Positions 28,201-36,400 of a DNA stretch of 64,000 bases are shown here, piece after piece. The notes beneath the pieces were generated by a model that made no database searches, was not told the origin of the DNA, and saw only the letters and a program-made list of their open reading frames with translations. Every line of letters starts with the position of its first letter. The first letter of the stretch is position 1. Source of the DNA: a bacterium (GTDB taxonomy: Bacteria; Patescibacteriota; Saccharimonadia; Saccharimonadales; AWTP1-31); NCBI GenBank assembly GCA_030426125.1, contig JAUHZB010000001.1, positions 158,583 through 222,582 of the forward strand, read 5' to 3'. A program made the translations under genes and the position numbers.

Positions 28201-29517
28201 GGAGATTTCGATACTTTAGTGAACAAGCCAATAAATATATCTAATCTTAGTGCTTCGGGCGAAATAACACTTGAGGATGACATGAGTAACGTAGGTGGTT
28301 TGTTCGGTCAGCTTGAAGCTCAAAATACCACTGTTAATTTGAATAAACTTTCTGCCGATGTTGATATTATTTCCGAGGATGGTGGTGGTGATTACGGTGG
28401 ATTGTTTGGGGAAATAGAAGCTGATTCCAGTGATGATGCTGCATATATTACCTTAACTAACGCTTATGCTTGGGGTGATATTTCTGATCCGGATAATGAT
28501 ATGTATAACGCTGGTGGTATAGCTGGTCGCGTAGACAATGAATCATATGACGGATATGAATCAATAATTACTTTGTCTAGAGTTTACGCAGCTGGGGATA
28601 TTGATACATATGAGGTAGGTGGTGGTTTGGTGGGCCATTTTGACGGCAGCGATGACGGTGAATATATCGTAAAAGATAGTTTCGCTACTGGGCTTGTCGA
28701 TGTTGATGACACTGAATATGGTGGAATATTCGGAGACTTTGATCAAGACGACGAAGAGCCATTAACTTTCCAAAATGTCTATTATGACCAGACACAGACC
28801 GGTCAAGAGTATTGTGGTGCTGAGGATGATGAATATGATGGATGTAATCCTGTTAATACAGATGGTTCACAAAACAATTACTTTGTGAACAATAAGACTA
28901 GGCAACCAATGGCGATGTGGAACTTTACTAGCTTATGGAAAGTTAACTCTAGCACACCACCAACTTTCATAGCCGACTTAGATCAAGATGGAGTCTTAGA
29001 CGCTATTGAGCAAGCTGGACCAAATGGCGGTGATGCTAATAATGATGGAATAGCTGATGTTCAGCAAGCCTATGTTGCTTCATTTATTAATAGCTCCACC
29101 AATGCCTACAGTTCTCTGCAGGTTAATAGCCAATGTACTATAAGCTCCGTAGGGACTATCACAGAGGCTGAAGGCAGTGGTGTTAACGATGTCGGATTCG
29201 ACTATCCAGCTGGACTTATGAACTTCACTATAGACTGCGCAGAGCAGGGCTTTACAGCCGACATAGTCCAGTATCACTTTGATATACAAGGCGATTACAC
29301 TGTTCGTAAGTACATACCTCAGAATGGGGCATACACCAACATGCCGGGAGCAACAACCAGTAGCAGTACAATTGGTGGTCAGACTGTTAAAATTTCCAGC
29401 TATCAAGTTAAAGAAGGTAGCGTTTACGATATAGATGGCGTTAGTAACACCGTAATCGAAGACCCGGCAGGACTCGCGAAGGACATGCTTGGTAGCCCGA
29501 ATACTGGTATTCGCTAG
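25234..29517 (+). CDS. Giant secreted/surface protein with three GLUG-type adhesin-like modules and a C-terminal beta domain
   Basis: TTG start 8 nt after AGGAG, with an N-terminal signal anchor. Three 'heads' (ITDCSELQ..DIDCS.., INSCVQLQ..DIDCS.., ISNCQQLF..NIDCS..) are each followed by many GG(L/F)(V/I)G repeats and an FWD..SG...GG.AKTSSQMK element. A calcium-type DQDGVLD..NNDGIAD repeat lies near the C-terminus. Confidence 0.8.
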   Translation: MDFASHAVFKKKNIILTVVLGVLLAAIGVFVGRLSSPVSAFSGEGLGLSYSPFVITDCSELQEIADDLDAFYILGGDIDCSGSGAWNTGSGFVPVDNFTGTLDGRNYTIDDLTMDRDTEDHNGLFGDNLSGTVRNIYFTNIDITADGAGAEYTGGLVGTADGATISDVHVSGEVTATTLMGGFAGSLEGGTTVTRSSFTGDATDTQSYGGGFVSFVIDSTISDSYADGNYVGENVGGGFASRLIANDGGTTIVENSYFNGEVVNDNYRASFISDLDEYDSGEVYVRDSFVVASGSADGGEYTATRPFAQSSGTPTVANFYFDESAALTDDCGSGFSCTAVNGDGLEDIYYINTSTPAPLDEWDFTNDWETQADQFPQLRTGDLVDLGITEFVDGDGTEGDPYQINSCVQLQAMRQDPDADFVVISDIDCSDTVNWNEGAGFEPVGTDIEFSGNFDGGEFSISDLFIDREETDNVGLFASVIGGEVKDVNLVDVDVTGNDKVGGIVGLLDTGSLFGSSASGSVAGDSSIGGLVGSFDDDGDSDNYIYSSSSSVDVTGSGGLIGGAVGATLGDLENMSATGDVTGSGGVGGLLGGNSALGAGEYSVSESYATGNVTETGIDLGELGNMGFGGLVGVATYVYISESYATGDVTAETGDGVGGLLGVGIVALDFTYATGDVVGNDMVGGNSGYLSCADATTEISFSTGDATGVDNVGGFVGLAEDSCTFRDVYSTSAVTSQGTGGGFAATVDGVDISDSYAAGVLSADTAGGFVAVNNGESSVTNSFWDSELSGVSESDGGTAKTSSQMKSIATYTTELGEDPWDFIEVWSMSGATNNGYPCQQWVEVSCAVIESEANVVNISNCQQLFAITGDNRFDTIRLTKNIDCSGVSASSLFSQADPFRGTFNGNFYTISNVLLDETDNSDVGIISAANSATIKNVNLNNIEVLGSLDVGTILGDAMNDVTLSNIHASNIDITVADNGDESGYVGGLVGDFDTLVNKPINISNLSASGEITLEDDMSNVGGLFGQLEAQNTTVNLNKLSADVDIISEDGGGDYGGLFGEIEADSSDDAAYITLTNAYAWGDISDPDNDMYNAGGIAGRVDNESYDGYESIITLSRVYAAGDIDTYEVGGGLVGHFDGSDDGEYIVKDSFATGLVDVDDTEYGGIFGDFDQDDEEPLTFQNVYYDQTQTGQEYCGAEDDEYDGCNPVNTDGSQNNYFVNNKTRQPMAMWNFTSLWKVNSSTPPTFIADLDQDGVLDAIEQAGPNGGDANNDGIADVQQAYVASFINSSTNAYSSLQVNSQCTISSVGTITEAEGSGVNDVGFDYPAGLMNFTIDCAEQGFTADIVQYHFDIQGDYTVRKYIPQNGAYTNMPGATTSSSTIGGQTVKISSYQVKEGSVYDIDGVSNTVIEDPAGLAKDMLGSPNTGIR

Positions 29518-29548
29518 ATTCTGTTAGATATTTATATTTTGTAGTGAA

Positions 29549-30010
29549 ATGAAACTAATTATTAATCTGAAGTCGAGACTGTCTAAAAATAAGCTACTAA
29601 GCAAGTATAGTCCTAGTAGTTTGGTTATTGTGTTTGCGCTAGTGTTCATATTTGGGGGATTATTTGGAGTGGCTATAGAAAGGCTAGCGGGCAACAGTCA
29701 AGATGGTGATACCATAGCTACAAAATCTGAAGTTGGTAGAATAGATGTTCGTGAAAAGTTTGAAGATCGGCTTGAATCAAAACAGCAGAGAATTGAAAAA
29801 AAGATAAGCCGTGATCAGGAAAACGGTATCATTTCTAGGCAACAGGCTAATGAAATAGAAGATAAAATATCTGAGATTGTAAGCTACCAGCAGAAGAACG
29901 CTGACTCGCTGGACAGTAAAGATTCTGACTATCAAACTGAAGTTAATGAATGGCTGCAGTGGTTCAAAGACAAGGGTTATTCTACCAGCTATTATTTAGG
30001 TCTGTTCTAA
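29549..30010 (+). CDS. Membrane-anchored hypothetical protein
   Basis: 153-aa ORF with TM segment LVIVFALVFIFGGLFGVAI. Confidence 0.5.
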   Translation: MKLIINLKSRLSKNKLLSKYSPSSLVIVFALVFIFGGLFGVAIERLAGNSQDGDTIATKSEVGRIDVREKFEDRLESKQQRIEKKISRDQENGIISRQQANEIEDKISEIVSYQQKNADSLDSKDSDYQTEVNEWLQWFKDKGYSTSYYLGLF

Positions 30011-30072
30011 AAATCTAGTTTTATCGTAATTCTTGAAGAAGAATAGTAGAATAAGGATAAGTAGATTAATAT

Positions 30073-30798
30073 ATGCAATTTCAATTTCCTTTTAACGATA
30101 CATATCTGTTTATAGGCTTCCCGGTATTACTAGGGTTAGCTTATAACACCTATAACAAATACAAATCTACTAAAAATAAGTCTAGTTTGTTTATATCGAT
30201 TGCAGCTGTCTTCTTAGCCTTGTCCGTGTTCATGACTGGAGTACCGACACTATTCTCAAAAGACCCTGAAACTCTTCGTTACTATACTTTTATTGCTGAC
30301 CTTTCCCAGGCATTGTTCTTATTTACAATCTGGTTATTGGTTATTAATATTTTCCTTACGAAATCGAAGATAGCTAGATCTGTTGGTTATTTGCTGGCGA
30401 CTGGACTTTTAGTGGCTAGCGCTATTGAAATTGGTTTTCGTAATTTGAATCCCCCATACGGGATAGAGTTAGTTGAATTGTCGGATAAGTCTTACGACAT
30501 AATAATTAACCAATCTAACTTATATTTAGTATTGGTTTCACTGGGTTATTTATCGTTGGTTATTGCTGGTTTTGCTTTTTGGAAGAATAGCGCGAAATCT
30601 GGCTCAGCGTCGCAGCGGCTTAGGGTGCAGAGTTTAGCCATAGCTTTTATTATAGGCTCTATACTATTTGTAGTCTTGCCGGACTATCCGGTAAGTCCAT
30701 ATCTGGATATTAAAGACATTGCCGTTTCGTCAACCTATGTAATTATTGGACTATCTATGCTGATAACCAAATACCAAAGTAACAAGAAGCGAATTTAG
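30073..30798 (+). CDS. Polytopic membrane protein (about 7 TM)
   Basis: 241-aa hydrophobic ORF with no family recognised. Confidence 0.5.
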   Translation: MQFQFPFNDTYLFIGFPVLLGLAYNTYNKYKSTKNKSSLFISIAAVFLALSVFMTGVPTLFSKDPETLRYYTFIADLSQALFLFTIWLLVINIFLTKSKIARSVGYLLATGLLVASAIEIGFRNLNPPYGIELVELSDKSYDIIINQSNLYLVLVSLGYLSLVIAGFAFWKNSAKSGSASQRLRVQSLAIAFIIGSILFVVLPDYPVSPYLDIKDIAVSSTYVIIGLSMLITKYQSNKKRI

Positions 30799-30862
30799 AT
30801 AAGTCTAACTAACCATTTGCTAGTTTTTAGGCTTAATTCTTACTGTAGAAATAGACTGCGGT

Positions 30863-31432
30863 CTATTGTGTTTGGACTAGGGTTGAGGGTAATATTTTTA
30901 CCAATTCATTTTTCATTTCAGAGGCTTTGTTTTGCTCTGTAGAGTCTTCATCTCCGCACATTGCTTGACCGCTTATTAAATTGAAATAAAAATTATTGAT
31001 TTTTTTGGCAGAGTCTTTGGTTGCTGCTGCTTGAAGGTCTTCTTCATAATCGGCATCTGTATATCGAGTTAAAGCAATTTGCGAAGTTTTTTCAGCAGCA
31101 CAGTCGGTTTCTTTTAAGTCAATCAGTGAGAAATATGCGGTACGACCTTCATTGCCTATGTAGTAGTAAAGTCCTTCTAGGCTTTTAGGGAGTTCAAATT
31201 TAACTCCAAGCTCTTTAATCTCAAAGTAGTCCACTTCGGCTTTCATAGGCTCTTGTTCTTTTTCTGCCTCATTGTTGGAATTATCAACATTCGTGATTTG
31301 GGTTGGTGTAGAAGAACTAATGTTCTGACTCCACACATACCAACCAATTCCAACAAGCATTCCAATAATAACTAAGACTAATAATCCCTCTATTAATCCA
31401 AAGCCTTTTTGATTTTTTATTTTCATACCCAT
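30863..31432 (-). CDS. Type IV pilin-like protein (prepilin-type N-terminal cleavage/methylation domain)
   Basis: N-terminus MGMKIKNQKG|FGLIEGLLVLVIIGMLVGIGWYVW: a G/F cleavage motif with Glu at +5, followed by a hydrophobic helix. Confidence 0.7.
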   Translation of the reverse strand: MGMKIKNQKGFGLIEGLLVLVIIGMLVGIGWYVWSQNISSSTPTQITNVDNSNNEAEKEQEPMKAEVDYFEIKELGVKFELPKSLEGLYYYIGNEGRTAYFSLIDLKETDCAAEKTSQIALTRYTDADYEEDLQAAATKDSAKKINNFYFNLISGQAMCGDEDSTEQNKASEMKNELVKILPSTLVQTQ

Positions 31433-31521
31433 CCTTTATGCTACTTCATTATCTAACTAATAGTATATACCACAATCAAACAAAAAACCTCTATAGTTTC
31501 CTACAGAGGCCAAAGTGCTTA

Positions 31522-31596
31522 TGGTAGCGGGGGCAGGACTCGAACCTGCGACCTTGTGGTTATGAGCCACACGAGCTGCCGCTGCTCTACCCCGCG
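31522..31596 (-). tRNA. Initiator tRNA-fMet (CAU)
   Basis: CGCGGGGTAGAGCAGCGGCAGCTCGTGTGGCTCATAACCACAAGGTCGCAGGTTCGAGTCCTGCCCCCGCTACCA. It has a C1:U72 mismatch and is close to E. coli tRNA-fMet as I recall it. CCA is encoded. Confidence 0.85.
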
Positions 31597-31801
31597 ATAT
31601 CTTTTTATTTAATTTTTGTTCAATATACATACTAACAAACAGAGGTGGATTAGTCAACACTCATGGTCTTGTCTATTAGTTTGCTTATTATCTATATATT
31701 TCTCCATTTATTTATCTATCTATTTCTTGCTACTATTTTGTTTTAACTAAAGCTTTTGATAGAGCTTCTCTATAGGAGTAAAATGTAGTTAGGAGGAAGC
31801 T

Positions 31802-32725
31802 ATGCCTAAACCAACTAGCAAACATGTAGACAGAATACGTAAAGAACTTATAGAAGCCGGAGTTTCTCCGATCGGCATGATAAAAGCCGAAGCTAGATAT
31901 TTGCCGCACGTAATTCACGAAGATGAGGAGATTGGCGGTGTTATTACTGGCTGGTATGAAAATGGCTCAGCTATGCTTATAGCTACCAATAGAAGAATAG
32001 TTTTTTTAGATAAAAAACCGATTTATACAACCAAGGAAGAAGTAACATATGATGTAGTATCAGGTGTCCGAGTTGACGTTGGTGGAATATCTACCGTAGT
32101 TACTCTACATACCCGCATAAAAGACTTTGTTCTTAAGTACTGCAACCCTAGTAGTGCTAGAAAGTTTATCCAGTACGTCGAAAAACGACAGTTAGAAGTT
32201 AGTGGAAATAGATCTAGCCAAAAGATAGATAATAGCAAGGCCCTTGATCAGTTAGATAAAAAAGAGGCATCTTTTCCATTTCTAACTTATGATGCTAGGT
32301 GGTTTTTAGAGAACAACTCTTTAGCGGTACTTTCTACTAAAGATAAATCTGGCAAAGTAGCTGGAGCAGTAGTCTACTATATTGTCGATCAGCTAGACAG
32401 GGTGTACTTTCTAACCAAGAATAGCACCCAGAAAGCAAAGAATATTCTCTCTAACCCACAGGTTGCTATGACTATCGTTAACGAAGCTCAGCAACAAACC
32501 TTGCAAATTGATGGCCAAGCTAGCGTGGTTAGCGATCAGCAAATAACCAGATATGTCTTTAGCCAGATAACCAGACCACGTGACCTTGGTGGAGAACAAA
32601 AAAACGTGCCAGTTGTTAAAATTGACGAAGGTTCTTTTGTAGTCTTTAAGGTAGATATTATTTCTGGAAAATATAGTAATTTTTCTAAACAACCAGAAGA
32701 GATAAACAAACAACCAGAGAAATAA
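31802..32725 (+). CDS. Bacterial PH-domain protein fused to a pyridoxamine-5'-phosphate-oxidase-like (FMN-binding split barrel) domain
   Basis: SD AGGAGG upstream. The N-terminal half has a YokE/bPH-like pattern (GSAMLIATNRRIVFLD). The C-terminal half is PNPOx-like (AVLSTKDKSGKV...VYF.T...). Assignment is by motif recall only. Confidence 0.55.
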   Translation: MPKPTSKHVDRIRKELIEAGVSPIGMIKAEARYLPHVIHEDEEIGGVITGWYENGSAMLIATNRRIVFLDKKPIYTTKEEVTYDVVSGVRVDVGGISTVVTLHTRIKDFVLKYCNPSSARKFIQYVEKRQLEVSGNRSSQKIDNSKALDQLDKKEASFPFLTYDARWFLENNSLAVLSTKDKSGKVAGAVVYYIVDQLDRVYFLTKNSTQKAKNILSNPQVAMTIVNEAQQQTLQIDGQASVVSDQQITRYVFSQITRPRDLGGEQKNVPVVKIDEGSFVVFKVDIISGKYSNFSKQPEEINKQPEK

Positions 32726-32730
32726 GAAGC

Positions 32731-32778
32731 AATAAAAATAGCCCCTAAGAAATATATAAATATATTTAAAGGGGCTAT
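32731..32778 (-). terminator. Rho-independent terminator of the RRM-protein gene
   Basis: ATAGCCCCT (32738-32746) pairs with AGGGGCTAT (32770-32778), with an internally pairing AT-rich loop. On the minus strand it is followed by TTTTATT. Confidence 0.6.
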
Positions 32779-32804
32779 CTGTTGGTTAACCTAAACTTAG
32801 GTAA

Positions 32805-33125
32805 TTACCAGCTACGTTGACGGAATGAACCACCGCCGTTACCACCGTTGCCGCCACCAAAGTCTCGCCGTGGGCGATCTTCTTTTGGTCGAGCTTCGTT
32901 GACTGTAACAGTTCGTCCACCGATTTCAGAGTTATGAGTAGCTTTCTCGGCTGCTTTTCCTTCTTCGTCGTTTTCGAACTCTACAAATCCAAAGCCTTTG
33001 CTTCGGCCAGTGTCACGGTCCTTGATGACAACAGCAGAGCTAACTTTGCCGTGTTCACTAAAAATTTCTGCCAACTCTTCATCAGATGTAGAGAAAGGCA
33101 ATCCGCCTACAAATAATTTGTACAT
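32805..33125 (-). CDS. RRM-type RNA-binding protein with a Gly-rich tail
   Basis: RNP-2 LFVGGLPF and RNP-1 KGFGFVEF. C-terminal tail GGGNGGNGGG. Confidence 0.9.
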   Translation of the reverse strand: MYKLFVGGLPFSTSDEELAEIFSEHGKVSSAVVIKDRDTGRSKGFGFVEFENDEEGKAAEKATHNSEIGGRTVTVNEARPKEDRPRRDFGGGNGGNGGGSFRQRSW

Positions 33126-33479
33126 GTATCTTGTTTCCTTTTAATTTACCGCTGGTCGACCTAACCTTATACTTCGTCTTGCTTTTTCGATTTCGATCGC
33201 CCTTTGTGGTAAAACCGTAAGAAACATCTACTTCGTTGTCTGCTAAGAACAGATAAGAACCTGCTAGCCATAATTTAATCACTTATATGGAGTTTTGGCA
33301 ATCACAAGTGTTTTGTTGCCTTATTATTTGTAAGCTATACCTTTACTGAGTAGTTACTTAGAGGACCAATTCTATGACGATTCATCTGTTAACTTTGCTA
33401 TAATATTACTAAATGGTAAAGGTTAAATTGTTATTCCAATCGGTTTATTAGCTATACAAAAACAACTATAACTAGACAT

Positions 33480-36400
33480 ATGCACAATATTATTAAACCT
33501 AAAGAACGCTCTATCCTTGGTTTGCTGTTTTATTACAGCCCACTCTTAATTATTTTCGGGCTTTTTATATACATAAATGCTATTTCTGAAGGAGCTCCTA
33601 GTGATGTGCCAGCAGTCAAGACTGTTTCAACAACTAACGTAACTGACGAATCTGCAAATCTTAAGGCTGCTGTTGATCCTGATGCAGCTGTGACAGAAAG
33701 GGGTTTCCAACTAGGCGAGACTACAAGTTATGGCAGAAGTATTATTGATAATAGTAATTTAGACTACTATGAATACACAGATGACATCGGTCCAACTAAC
33801 GAATCTAACTATCGTTTTGATGAGAACTCTGGTATAGCTTTAGACTCTTCCAATAATATTTATGTTAGTGACACCCAGAATAACAGAATCCAGAAATTCG
33901 ATTCTGACGGTAATTTTATTACGAAGTGGGGAATGTATGGCAATCAGAATGGTGAGTTCAGGAACCCTACTGGCATTGCGCTAGACTTTTCCAACAATAT
34001 CTATGTCAGTGACACCCAGAATAACAGAATCCAGAAATTCGATTCTGATGGTAATTTTCAAGCTACCTGGGGTAGTTTTGGTACTGGGCAGAACAACCTG
34101 AAAGCACCATTGGGCCTGACGGTTGATTCATTAGGATATGTATATGTAGCTGACACCCAAAATAACCGTATCCAGAAATTCGATTCTGATGGTACCTTCG
34201 AAGCAAATTGGGGTAGTTTTGGATCAGGGAATTCTCAATTTAGTTCACCGGGTCATATTGTAGCTAGTAGTACGGATCAGATATATGTACTTGATTCTGG
34301 TAATAACCGTATCCAGAAATTTGACTCTAGTGGAAATTACCTAGCCCAGTGGGGCTCAAGTGGTACGGGGAATGGGCAGTTCAGTGGAGCAAAGTCTGGA
34401 ATAGCTGTTGATTCGGCAGATAATATATATGTTAGCGAGATGTATCCAAATTATCGAATCCAAAAATTCGATTCTGATGGTACTTACATCACAAAATGGG
34501 GGTCAGAGGGAGCTGGTGACGGCCAGATTGGTTCGAACAGTAGCTGGGACTTTTCTGGTATGGCTTTCTCCACGAATGATAGGATCTACTTTTCGGACTC
34601 AGGCAATAATCGTATTCAGCAATTCGACTCCAGTGGAAATTATGTAGAACAGTATAAACCATTAATTACAGCATCAAACCAGTTCATCAACCCTAGTGCA
34701 CCGCAAGTAGATTCTAACGGAAACATCTTTTTTGGCGCTAGTGACCCTAGCAGTGGTGGCTATTCGATCTTTAAGTTTGGACCTGATGGCAACTTTCTGA
34801 CTAAATGGGGGTCATCTGGAAGCGGGGATGGGCAATTCGACACCGTTGCAGGTATTGCCTTAGATGATAGTTCGAATGTCTATTTAGCAGATTCGGGTAA
34901 CTACCGTATTCAGAAATTCGACTCCAGTGGAAATTTTCTGACCAAATGGGGTTCAGCGGGTGGCGGTAACGGCCAGTTTTTTGCCGTGAGTAATATTGCT
35001 GTAGCTAGCAATGGCGATGTTTTTGTTTCAGATAGCGACTACGAAAGAATCCAAAAATTCGACTCTAGCGGAAATTATATTACCCAGTGGTTTTCGTTTG
35101 GTGCAATGGCTGTAGATAGTCAAGGTGATGTATATGTTACGAATTCTGGTGGTCATAATGTCCAGAAATACGACTCTGATGGTAGCTATATCTCTAGCTT
35201 TGGCCAGATTGGGACTGGTACTGGACAGTTCTTTTTCCCGAATTCTATCACTATCGACCATGCTGACAATATTTACGTAGGTGACTTAAAGGCTTTTTAT
35301 GATATAGACTACAGTGTTCAGAAGTTTGATACTGATGGAAACTATATCTCCAGAATTGATTCTAGGGATAGTGCTTACCAAACAGCAGGTTTATTCTCAC
35401 TTGCGAGTGGTTTTCTGGGATCTAAGGATGGTTCAGAGCTGTATCTTGCTGATACTGGCAATAACCGGGTTAGGGTTTTCTCCGGTACTATTTTGGGTGT
35501 AGCAGATGATTTAGATTGCGGCACAACCTACCATTATAGGGCTTTTGCAACAAATTCTAATGGTACTGCGTATGGAGATGATAAAACCTTCGATACCGAT
35601 GACTGTGATTCTACTACAAATCCAGACCCGCCGGATGAAGATACTGATCCACCGGCCGATCCACCTAACCTTTCAGATCCACCAGCTTCAGATGACACAC
35701 CGGTATCGCCAGTTTCTCCATTAACACCTTCTACCAACACCCCAGAATCTGGTTTAGGATCAGAGCCGGATGAAACTACTGGAGATAATATACCTTCGAT
35801 AGTTCAACCTGGTGGTGAATTGTACCAATTCCAAGACTCTAACCCTGCTGAGCCAAAGTCCTTCTCAGATACAGCTGGACAGCTAATATCTTGGTTGTTG
35901 CTACTAATCTTGTTTGTTCTTAGTCTAATTTATGGTTGGAGGGCTAGGAGACAGTACCTAAGCAACAAACAATTGGCAATGGAGGTAACTAAATTGATAT
36001 CTACCAAAGAAGCTACCGATACCTACCTTAAATTAATTAACCATCATTTAAATACTCCCGTAGCCATTATGTCTGGAGCTCTTGAATTACTAAATTCCAA
36101 AGCTATAATACCGGCGAATTCTGCTGGTTATCTGCAGACTAACCTAGACCAATACAAACAAGATGTTAGCAATCTAAGCCTAGATGCTCAGCTAGCAATA
36201 GCTGACAGTACTTCAGGTCAACCGGCCCCAGAATTTAGTGAGACGACTAAAGGCCAAGGCTTCTTGCTTGGTCTAGTGTCTGCAATACCTAAATCTGGCT
36301 CTGTTTGGCGTAGTCCAGCTGTATTTGCCCCAGTAGTGGTAGTTAGTGGCGCACTGGTCTTAGTAATATTACTATTTACCAATACTCAGATATTTAGACT

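Noticed and set aside
29488-29517. C-terminal ...LGSPNTGIR* of the 1427-aa protein as an (S/P)PxTG sortase sorting signal
   Set aside because: A sorting signal needs a hydrophobic helix and a basic tail after the motif. Here the ORF stops two codons later, and none of the three downstream frames encodes a TM segment, so the match is probably chance. A truncated signal cannot be excluded.
31457-31660. 67-aa minus-strand ORF
   Set aside because: It runs straight through the initiator tRNA gene (31522-31596). The RNA gene explains the sequence.
33126-33479. 354-nt spacer upstream of the RRM-protein gene as a structured 5' UTR or riboswitch
   Set aside because: I could find only weak, non-nested complementarity and no motif I recognise. 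A long leader is possible but not supportable from the sequence alone.
33798-35490. Regularly spaced ~141-nt repeats that could look like a CRISPR-like or satellite array
   Set aside because: The period is exactly 47 codons. The repeats are in frame inside a long ORF and encode NHL blades. There is no short-repeat/unique-spacer structure and no cas genes.
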